A stretch of DNA of 64,000 bases, taken from assembly GCA_964234715.1 (NCBI GenBank), contig OZ174279.1; one strand, written 5' to 3'. The translations under genes were made by a program, and so were the position numbers. The number at the start of each line of letters is the position of its first letter. Positions within the stretch are counted from its first letter, which is position 1. Below the pieces are notes generated by a model. The model was given only the letters and a program-made list of their open reading frames with translations, searched no databases and was not told the DNA's origin. The DNA is from Podarcis melisellensis. Its lineage: Eukaryota. Below are positions 38,199-50,100 of the stretch, piece by piece.

Positions 38199-41100
38199 CT
38201 AAATGGGGGAAAGACAGTATAATGGCTATGCTTCCTTCACTATGTTTTACTATCATCAAATTCAGAGGAAAAGTTTGATGCCATTGGAATCCAGGCCATC
38301 CAAAACAGCTTTATAGCAATTTGCAAGTGACACCCATAAACGTGATGAGAATGTCTAAAAATAGAACTTTTTTTTAAAAAGAAAAGGGGCGGGATCTTGT
38401 ATGAATCTTTCCACATAGCTTTGGAATGAGAAGTTAACATGATTTATAGGTGGTCTGATTAACTGATAAGCTATGGATTTGAAGACCCAGAATAGAAAAA
38501 AAAAAAATACTTATTGTAACCAACAATGTTCAAAGCTAAGGGGCAAATACTTTGCAAGTCTTTTAAGTACAAAAAAACATTTTAGAAGTGATACGGCTTT
38601 TGTATTTACCTGTTTAAATCATATCTTGCTACACCATCAAATTTCATTTCTTTTAAAAAATATATTAAAGTGTTCTCCACTGTGACCCTATTTGCACAAT
38701 TATGCAATGATATATACTGTAAGTGTGCTTTCTTTGTGCTTTCCTGAAAGGGAGCTGTATTTAGGGTACCCAACTACAGAAAACAAGTCTACCTTCTTCC
38801 CGATCTGTTCTGGGAAGGGGCCCTGGCCCTCTCCTTTCCCTGTCTTCAACACGCCGATCTCGAAGATCACGGCCACCCCGGTCATCTCTAGAATCACGGC
38901 CACCTCTGTCCCATTCATCACGACGGCCTGACTCTCTCCAGCTAGAGGTTTCCTCAGCTGGTGCTCTTCTCCAGCCAGCGTCATCTCTTTAGTTATAAAA
39001 ATATATTTTAGTAATAAGAAAAAGCATTTAACTCCACATTCCAGGGAATGAATTAAAATCAACCATACGACCCAGAAGCTACTCTTATGCAAACTGTTAC
39101 TGGAACAAAACAAAACTTTTTTTAAAAAAGCACTATTCAAAATCATTTTTTCCAAGAAACAAGCATTTTTAAACATTTGTGGGTAAAAACATTGCAAACT
39201 ATTCTCCAGCTAATGCTCGTAGCACTCAAGTGCACATTCTGGTGACATAAAACTCATCAAATTAACAAAAAACAACAACTCTGCTTTTGGCTACTTACTA
39301 CCACTTCAAAATTGTTCAAGTGCCCCAAACTGTGATGCCCAATATCCCAGTTCTTACCCCAGTTCATAAGGGTTGGGGAGGAGAAACCCAAGCTACACAC
39401 AATTTAAAAGTAATGAAATCAAACCTAGGACGCCTGAAATGATCTTCCCGATCAAAGTCACGGTCCTTGTCAGGTTCACGGTCCTTCTCATTCTCATCAC
39501 GATCTTTATCCCATTCATTATCTTCTGAAGGTCTGGAATCTCGTGGAGGGCCCCAACTATCTTCACGAGCCTTTTCTCGTTCTCTCCAACCACCTATTGA
39601 CAGCGAAATATCTGAACTTAGGTGTACTAATCTCAAAAGTGTAAGAATGTGGAGCTTCCATTCATGCATTTTATATAATTGACTTTTTATTTCTATTCTT
39701 TGTATATTGTATTGCTGTTTTATTGCTATGGCTGATAGCTGACACAAATAAAGATTCATTCTTGCATACATACATGCAAGAAGTTTGTATTCTATTTCTT
39801 ATGATTCCACACCACAACTGAGGTTTCCACATGCAAAATCCCATTCTATTATGGATATCTGAGATGGGAACACATCTGGCATTAATGGAATACAATGTGG
39901 AATAACTTGTTTCATGTTTACATGTGCTTTATTATGATTTCCTTGAATAAGGAAAAGAGAATGTGTTTTTTCCTTGTAATTATCCAGTACACTTGCACCC
40001 AACTAATTCTGGAACCAGTGTTACCCATTAGATCATCTCCATTTTTTAGTCATTTGTTTAAATGTATCTAGCAATCAAAGTACAAGAACTGCACTTTGGG
40101 ATACCTTCAATTAATCAGCAAAGGAATCAAATTTTTTTACACTGCAGTGGCAACGATGTAAAGAAGTGCAAACAAATGGATATAATTTATATGCCCTTTT
40201 GGCACTTGTTGGCTTTTGACTTGCAAATATGTAACCCTTTAGATTCTTATATTACCATCATTACTTTTCAGACAATGTTCAATAGAAACATTGAGGTACT
40301 TTTCAGTTTGCTGCAGTCATCTCAGAATGCAAAGCATTTTCTGTGCAAACTTAAAACAGAATGTATGCTAGCTATTCTCAGAACACAAAATGAATGGCTC
40401 CAATTTGTATGTTTACCTGGTTTACCATATGGTCTCCAAGGTCCAGTTCTGGAATCCTCTCCACGCCTAGAATCATCTCCACGTCTAGGACCTCTGTCAT
40501 CATCACCAGCACGTCTAGGTCCACGATCATCATCACGCCTTGAAATTCTATCTTCATCTGTGTTACGCCATGGTCCCCTATCTTCATCACGCCTTGAAAT
40601 TCTGTCATCATCCAGCCCACGCCGGGGAGGCCTATCTTCATCTGCAGCTCTCCAACTTGGTCTGTCATCATCCAAACCCCGCCTGGGGCCTCTGTCATCA
40701 TCCAAACCCCGCCTGGGGCCCCTGTCATCATCCAGACCACGCCTGGGGCCCCTGTCATCATCCAGACCACGCCTGGGGCCCCTGTCTTCATCCAGACCAC
40801 GCCTGGGACCCCTGTCATCATCCAGACCACGCCTGGGGCCCCTGTCGTCATCTGTGTTGCGCCAACTTGGCCTGTCATCATCCAGCCCACGCCTGGGGCC
40901 CCTGTCGTCATCCAAGCCACGCCTGGGGCCCCTGTCGTCATCCAGACCACGCCTGGGGCCCCTGTCGTCATCCAGCCCGCGCCTGGGGGCCCTGTCATCA
41001 TCCAGCCCGCGCCTGGGGCCCCTGTCATCATCTAAGCCACGCATGGGGCCCTTGTCTTCTGCTGAGCGCCAACTTGTTCTGTCATCATCCAGGACTTTCT

Positions 41101-44100
41101 TAGGACCTTTGTCTTCATCAGCATCCTGCTTCGGCACTTTGTCTTCTAGTGCTTCACGAGGAGACTCTACTCTGTCTGCTGAGATACCACGCCGAGGCAA
41201 ATCATCTCTTCGTAAAGGTTTTTCATCCTCACGTGCGTCTCCACGCCGCCACTCTCTGTTTAAATAGAAAAATCGTGCATTTTGAATATAAAAGTTTTGT
41301 TTTCTATTGTCTGGAAAGCCATTTGGTATATTTACTCCTACACAGTAGTACTAATTACACCACATCACATGTTATTTCCCATAAAGAAATCTGTTCCATG
41401 TAGGAAATAACATACAACCTGTGAGTAGTCAGCTTGACATTTTGGAGTGGTGTGGATAAATAAAACATCATATGTAACAAGATACTAAAGAACAATGGTG
41501 TCACAAGGGATGGATAATTATAAAAAGAGAGCTTTATCCAGCAAAGTAGTTCTGTTAGCACAAGTACTTCTGGCTGCGCAACAGGACTTCCCCTCCCTCT
41601 TCTTCCCCTGTGCACCCTACATCTGTTCTGGGTTTCTTGTCAACCCACCATTTGGGGGAGGGCACTGTTGGGAGGTACAGGGATAGGAAGTCCTTGCACT
41701 AACAAAACCACTGGGGACTGCCCACTGTTGAAATGTTTCAAAGGAAATGTCAGGATGCATGGATGTTGCTGAAATATTAAAAAATAGACAATTCTGTTAG
41801 AGTTCTGATCAATGTAAAAGATGTACAAATAATCTTTTTTCTTTCCTTGCTGCTGCCTATCCAACTATATTTCAAGTGCTCTCTTCCAACTATAGCTGGG
41901 AACTTACAAACTTTTATCCAAAAGTCTCCGTATGCTAGGAAACATAAGAAATTAGTATACGTCATTGAACTTATAAATTCTGTTTGATAACCAAATGAAT
42001 TGGAGGAAGGTTAAGAGGCCAAAACTTCACTTGGGGTGAAAAACTGCACACCTAAGGTTCTCATTTAAATGGCTGGTTGCTTTCTCAATGTAATACAGGG
42101 TTCTTGTATTAATTTGCAAAGCCCTTAACAACTTGGATCAAGGATATTTAGGGACTGCCTAATCCCTGAGGTCTTCAGGTGAGTCACTGTTAGTATCCCC
42201 TCATGGCTTAGACACACAACTTGCATCCACCAGGAGATGTACATTCAATACTGTGGACCCAATTTTATAGAACTCCCGTTCAGTTAAGTTCAGATTGGCC
42301 CTCTGCCTGTTGAATGTCCAGCATGTTCTGAAGACTTTATTCTAGAATTCTGATTTTATCCTTTTAACAGATAGTTATCTTTCTTAAATCAACCTTGAAT
42401 ACTTCTTAGAGACTATTGCGTTAAACTGTGTATAAATTGTCAAAATAAACAAGTTAATTTTGCTATTCTAATGCAATTTTATTGCATTCTGTGCATGTAA
42501 TGATTTAGTTGGACACAACCCATTTTATTTGTACGCAGTCTACAACAATACTCACCATTGCAGAGGACATCAGGATCACAAAGGAAACATTAACAAGTTG
42601 TAGACACTTTAAGCATTATTCCAATAAATACCTTTCTGGTGGTGCTGGTCGCCTCCATTCTGAGTCTGGCTCAGCACTTCTTCTCCACGTGCTTTCACCA
42701 GGTTCTCGATCACTCCAACGAGAGTCCTACATTTAAATCAAAAATAAAAAGTACCATTACTAAGAACCCAACCAATGTGGTTTTGTATATATCACAGTGA
42801 AACTGTCAGTGAAACTTGTTTTTTGACTAGTTATTAAAAACAAAAGTATATATTGAATTCTGTGGCATTACAAATTTAATGAGACCTCATCTGACAAATA
42901 TATGGATGGACAGTCAGCATAGACAAGTGCAAAGTACTGCATTATACTGGACCTGAACTATTAGTTACAGCTCAACAAAAGGGATGGGGAATAGGTAGTA
43001 AAATTGTCCCAACGTGACCCAAACAAATTGCTCAGTTATTAATAAGAATTGTTCACATATCTCCGAGTGACATGTACAGTACTGAATGCTAACTTGAGAA
43101 ACGGCATACAAATGTGAAATAAGAGAAACCACCACTATGTTTTGTAGAACATAGCAAATGAACAGCTAAGGCGATGACAGTTCAAATTAGAATAAAATAT
43201 GGCAGAGGAAGAAATGACAGAAGTGAACAGGAAACAATAGTCAATCCATTCAAAAAAGGCAGCAACGTCTTCTGTCATTTTTCCTACTCCTAAAAAGCAG
43301 GAGAAAAGGAATAGATCCCCAAATTTCACATACAAATGGACCCTTCAGACATGACAACTACAATATGTAAAGTGAGGATCACCTATAATACTCCACTGGA
43401 AAAATTACTTATAGAGTGAGAATGAGAAATTACTAGGGCTGCAGATTATCCAAATTAATACACACATTTTCACCATTATAAAATTTCAAAATGCATGTAT
43501 TTTCTGGTGCAAAGCTTACCCATTGAAAAGATTAGCAATGATGGAGCCAAAGATAATATTAATATAAAGCAATACTTAAGACAAAAACAATGAAGACTCC
43601 TGGGGCACCATAAAGGCTAATGAATTGATTATGACATGAGCTTTTGTAGACCAGAGTTCACTTTGCTGCAACAAACCAACATGCTACGGCTCTGGAAACA
43701 CTCTTTGTAGTTGAGCAGTGGGAAGATTTCAAGCATGCAGGCTCTTCTTTTTTTTTTTTTTTACTACAGTGGTACCTCTGGTTGTGAACAGGATCCGTTC
43801 CGGAGCCCCGTTTGCAACCTGAGCAGACACCACGTGCATGCGCGGGTCGCGATTCGCTGCTTCTGCGCATGCACATGGTGTCATTTTGAGCGTCTGCGCA
43901 TGCGCGAACAGTGAAATCCGGAAGTAACCCTTTCTGGTACTTCCAGGTCGCCACGGGACGCAACCTCAAAATGCTCAACCTGAAGCAAACACAACACGAG
44001 GATGACTGTAATACCACAAGTTCCGCCAACTAGAGACTGGTGCAAAATAGTGGCTCAACTGGGCAGACATACAAAAAGATTTAAGGAATAGACTGTCTCT

Positions 44101-47100
44101 GAGCACATGCTTAGCCCAGGATTTTTTTGATAAGTAACAGAAGAAAGCTTGGGAATCTTCATACAAGAATCCACTCCTGTTTTCCACCCTATCCCTTGGG
44201 CATTCTTTCTCAGCCAACTAATTTAGGTAAAATAAACTTTTAAGCTGCTGCTATTGTTAAGACAAACAGCGGTCAAAAGCTTGATCTATTGCAAACTACT
44301 CAAACACCAACCAACAGATCCTGATCCTTCTTCCCCCTCCTGATCAACTTCATACTACATTATTTCACTCATCATTTGATCATAGAGATACTAAAAGGCC
44401 AGTTGACAGTTAATTTATTGGTGCCCTTGTGCATCTGCTAACAGAAAAGGGGACCGATTTTTTTCGGATACACCCCCCAACCCTGGTAGCCTCCCAGCAC
44501 TTGCTGAATTCAGCTGCAGTGAGTCAGGGGACCCTCCAGAACATGCTGGAAGGTGCCATAGAAAGCTGCAAGAAGGTGGAATCACTTTCTCTTCCATAGC
44601 ACCAAGGCACAAAACTGAAGTCCACTCAAAAGCTGTACATTGAAAGCTTCCCATTTAAATACGAATTCTTGAATTTGAAGAGTTCTTTCACATATACTTT
44701 TTATTGATGTAAATTATTCCCTATTTAAGCATAGAGGAATTTGGAGGGTTGTATCCAGCGCTATCTGTGCAGAAGCAGAACAAAACTCTCCTCATGCAAC
44801 AGACTTCACCTTCCTGTCCTCCCCCCACCCAGCAGGCCTCCACATTTCAAAATATACTTCAAAGGATTGAGGACTCTCCACAGATGATTTTGCAGACTTG
44901 TGGTGGTCTGCAGAGGGGAAAAGAGAGAAGTGAAGTCCTGTTGTTTGTACAGAACTTCTGCTCATGCAATGCTGGATTCTGCTTAGAAACATCAGTTTAT
45001 CAGAAAAAGAATTTACCTTCCTTGAAAGCGGATCTTCAAGATTCCTCCTCTCTTCTTCTCGACGACGTTCCCTTTCTTCAATCTCCAGTTCTCTTTGGCG
45101 TTTCTTTCTCTCTACCTCTTCTAGTTTTTTGACGCGTTCCTGATATTCACGCATTTCTTCCTCACGTTTTTCACGTTCTGCACGTTCTTTTTCTTCTTGT
45201 TCTGACCAAAACATTAATGCAGATAAGAGTGACTTTCCATCCTATATTTGAAATGCCTATCATATGTCCTCTCATTTACCAACTTTGTTTGCACAGCATT
45301 TCATGTCTGCTTAAAATTTAATGGGCCAATGTTGTGCAAGCAGATTTCTGGTTGTATGGGAATTCCTTTTTCTTTCCTGTCCCATAGCCCCCCATACCGT
45401 CTCCAAACTCTCCAGATCATATTGGATGGGCCTAGTAGAGGGAATCTATTCCACAAACAATGTCTATTCTGCTAGTGGACGGACCACACTGAATATTACC
45501 CATTATTATTTTATAAGTAATGAAATTCAAATTCAATTAATGGCAGCCATGGCACATCTATATCTAGATAAGTAAAATAAATACTGCTGGAAACACAGCA
45601 AAGATCAAGGGTGTTTTTTCAGCAATAGCCTTTTATTTAGTGTTTACCTTTAAGCATCTTCTCTTCTTGCAATCTTTGTTCTTCTTCCTCTTTCTCCTGA
45701 TAATAAGCAATGCGTCTTTCCTCTTTGCGCTGCCTTTTGCGTTCCTCTAAGCGCTTATGCCTTTCCTCTGCTAATCTTTCTTGGAATTGTTTAAGTTTTT
45801 CCTAAAATACATATTAATACATTGAACTCCAGACATGTTACAGGCAACCTACAGGATGAATGCTCAAACATGAACTCCAACTATCTGGTGTCCACATGTG
45901 TTAATGACCAATTGGAGCTTGGCAGCTATACATAAAGTCAACTCCTGGGCCCGTTGCTCAACATCTTTCTAAACAACTTGGATGAAGGAATTGAAGGGAT
46001 GCTCTTCAAATCTGTAGATGACATGAAACTGGGAAGGGCAGATAATGCCGCAGAAGACAGAATCAAAATTCAAAATGACCTTAACAGATTGGACTAACTG
46101 GGCACAAGCTAACAAAATGAATTTCAATAGGAACAAATGTAAGGTTCTGCACTTAGGCAGGAAGAACCAGATGCACAAATATAGGACGGGGGACACCTAG
46201 CTTACTAACAGTACATGTGAAAAGGATCTAGGGGTCCTGGAGGACCACAAGCTTAACATGAGTCAACAGTGTATATATAGTTAACCCGGAAAAGAGACTA
46301 AGAGGAGATATGATAGCCATCTTCAAATATTTAAAGGGCTGTCACATGGAAGATGGAACAAGCTTGTTTTCTCCTGCTCTGGAAGGTAGGACTCAAACCA
46401 ATGGCTTCAACTTACAAGAAAGGAGATTCAGACTAAACATGTTAAAACCTTCTGACAGTAAGAGCTGTTCAACAGTGGAACAGTTTCCCTTGGGAGGCTG
46501 TGGACTCTCCTTCCTTCAAGGTTTTAAGTAGAGGTTGGATGGCCATCTGGGTTCCTTACAACTCTATGATTCTAAACAGTTCTGGAATCCACATTAAGAG
46601 CAGAGATGTAAAACAACTGTTTTGAGAAGTTTAGAAACAACTTATAAAATGGAAGAATTCTCTGATGTCTTTGGAGGAAGGGGAGGATACAAATGAAATA
46701 AACAAAGAGGAAGATACACATAAAGCTTTTTATATGAGATTATTTTATCAGAAAGGACACCTCTCTGCTGATGCGAAGCATAATATTGTTGCCTCTCATA
46801 TCAAAACAGGCACAGAAACTAACATGCTAAAATGACAAAGGAGAGAGGATACCAGTGCCATTCCTCACTCCATTTTCTATAAAGTTCTGATCAGGAGTAA
46901 TCTCATATGTGTCAGAACACAAAAATCAGATTTACCTCATACACTGATCTTCTCGCTTCTTTGAGCCTAGTTACAAAGAAATCACTGTCCTCCAACATCC
47001 TTGACATCCTGTTCTTATGTTCAAGGGCTTTCTCACGTTCCAACTGCATAGTTGAGATCTGTGACATACACAAAACCAAATCAGTAGTAGAGTCATGCAT

Positions 47101-50100
47101 ACAATTTGTTTCAAATGTCTTTTGTGAATTTATGGGCACCACATGCCAATTTTTTTTCTTCTAACTATCTAGATGCCAATAAAATTTAGCAGACCAGTTA
47201 AAGGAAAACCCCAGTAGGCCTATTATTGTTAAGCAATAGTATACTGAAAAAGAGCTTGGGTACAAAGCCTATATAAACCCTATGATCACTTTTATTACAG
47301 TTAAAATGATGGCTTTCATTGTTCTCAAATAGATTCTAACTATTACACAATTGCAATCTGCAAAGCATTCTAATGATTTACATTAGAACTTGGTGTAGCT
47401 ACACAATTTATTCCAGTCAGAAGATCTGCATTCTTTTATGGCAAAATTGGAGTTCTAGCACAGACTGAGATTCTTTAATTGCAATATATTCAAACATCAT
47501 TCATTCTTCATCACTCATGTGACAAGGATTTCTAAAACACTGTCTACTACTGCATAAATTATATAATCAGCTGAGAAGTTCATTTCTAGAAACTAACAGA
47601 GAAAAAATATTAAGTAACTACGTCACACCATAGTACTCTCAGAAACCTCACCCTTTCTTCTTCTTGCTGTTCCCAAAGCTCCATGTCTCTGACTCTTTGC
47701 TCTTCATATGCACTCTTAATCAGTGGGATTTCTTCCAAGCGTTTTGCCCTTTCAAAATGGTCAATCTAAAGAAATGTGATTGTTCAGGTTTAAGTGTAAA
47801 AGGAACACACACACAAATGTCATCACTAAATGCTGTTTCTCCACCTAGTTCTCAGCTATTAACCGTACATCTTTTTCTTATACCTTTTTCTCCTGATTCT
47901 TCAGACGCTCTTGCAATTCCTTCTTTTCTTTCTCCAGCTGTTCAACTTGTTTTGCCATAATGAAGTCTGGATCCAATTCTTCAAGATCCTATGGTCAAGA
48001 CATTAGATGTTAAAGAATAAAAATCAAACTGCCATTTCTGAGAAAAACACACATTCTTGTTTTTAATTTTAATGCAGCTTCCCCACTTGATGCATTATCT
48101 ACTATTTCATTTTATTTTTAGTCCTTTAATCCATTTTATTAAAATATTCTAATATTCAGAAATAAGGGACGTGGGTGGCGCTGTGGGTTAAACCACAGAG
48201 CCTAGGACTTGCCAATCAGAAAATCGGCAGTTCGAATCCCCATGACGGGGTGAGCTCCCGTTGCTCGGTCCCTGCTCCTGCCAACCTAGCAGTTCGAAAG
48301 CACGTCAAAGTGCAAGTAGATGGATAGGTACCGCTCTGGCAGGAAGGTACACAGTGTTTCCGTGTGCTGCTCTGGTTCGCCAGAAGCGGCTTGGTCATGC
48401 TGGCCACATGACCTGGAAGCTGTACGCCAGCTCCCTCGGCCAATGAAGCGAGATGAGCACCGCAACCCCAAAGTCGATCACGACTGGACCCAATAGTCAG
48501 GGGTCCCTTAACCTTTAATATTCAGAAATAGACTACACTATTTGTAATCAAGTTGTTTGATTAAGGTTAGGAAACCTAGTCGAGGGAAGTTGGAGATGCT
48601 GCTGGTAGGGTATTCAAATGGGGTTTCTGTCTTCCTGAAGAATGCAGAAATGGGCTAAAAGTCTGACTCAATATACAATATTTTCTACAATATAAACTTC
48701 CCATTAGTGAATGGTCACTAGTGGTTACAATAAAAAAGTTGTCAGGGGGAAACAACAAACTTCTTACTTCAATATCAATATCTTTGAAGGCCTTGGCTCC
48801 CAGCTCAGTTTTCTTGATCTGCTCCAAACGTTCACGAACAGTTTTCTTTTTAATTTGCTCATGTTCCTGCAGAATGCGCTCCTTTTCCCGCTCTTTCGCC
48901 TCCTGACGCAATCTCTCCTCTTCGGCTTTGCGAACCTTTTGGAGTTCCGCTTCACGCTGCTCCAATTCTTCTTTTTCACGCTGAATGTTCAAGCTCTCAA
49001 GACGTTCCTTTCTTTCCTCAATAGTCTGACGGCGAGCAAGGATACGCTGATGTTCTTTCCTTGAATTTTTTAAATAAGCTGTAACAGCCAGCTGGTGTTG
49101 CTCTTCCTTCTCTAGCTGCATAATGGTTAAAGGCAGAACAAAAACCCATTTAAATACAAAAGACAAATGGGAGAGTAAAGCACTGCTGAATTCTGAGGAA
49201 TTATTATTGCAGGTTCTTTTGTGGTTTTCCCCCACTGCCATCTCAGAACAGATTCTTCAAAAACATATGTACAGTGGTACCTCGGGTTAATTCATTCCGG
49301 AGGTCCGCTCTTAACCTGAAACTGTTCTTAACCTGAAGCACCACTTTAGCTAATGGGGCCTCCTGCTGTCGCCAGAGCACAATTTCTGTTCTCATCCTGA
49401 AGCAAAGTTCTTAACCTGAAGCACTATTTCTGGGTCAGTGGAGTCTGTAACCTGAAGCATATGTAACCTGAAGCGTATGTAACCTGAGGTACCACTGTAT
49501 TAGAATAAATATACCAGCACTAAATATTTTTAAGTAATGCATGTAAGTACAGGCAACTCCCCATGTACACGGTGTGTGTGTGTTCCGAGGCACCGCGAGT
49601 GTAAACCCACCCTGCACTCTTCCAGGGCTGAAAGCAGTGTGCATCAGCGGTGACATGTGCTTTGAACACAGGCAACAGCGGAGTCAAACATGCATTGGAG
49701 GGAAGAGAAGAAATATTCAAACCATGACTGAGCATACCAAGTTTCCCATAAAGCATCAGTATTCTTTTAAAGATGTATCAAAAGCTTACAACTTACCAAT
49801 ATGTGAGGTGGCTTAATCACTTCAAGAGCCTTTGCAAGGGCAGATGACATAGCTGTCAACTGGCTCCTGATCTGCTCAGATGGCATGTTCTGCAGCTGAG
49901 GGCCAAGAGGTGCATCTTCCCGAGTGCAATAGTTCAAATCTGACCCAAAACTCAGTGTTCGAGTTGTATGATCAATGCGAACCTAAGATAGAGTAATTCA
50001 GAAATTCATTATTAAGGGCATGTTTAGGATAGTTTCTCACAGCTGTTTATAAATTTTGTCTTACCAGCTCTTTTTCTTATATTACTGCCATTTAACATTG

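Noticed and set aside
40062-41267. 401-aa Ser/Pro/Arg-rich plus-strand ORF and other overlapping frames
   Set aside because: Antisense and frame shadows of the stop-poor 30-nt repeat in EIF3A exon 19; no independent gene structure.
47417-47514. C/D-box-like GTGATGA...CTGA on the minus strand in intron 14
   Set aside because: No terminal stem and no recognisable rRNA antisense element.
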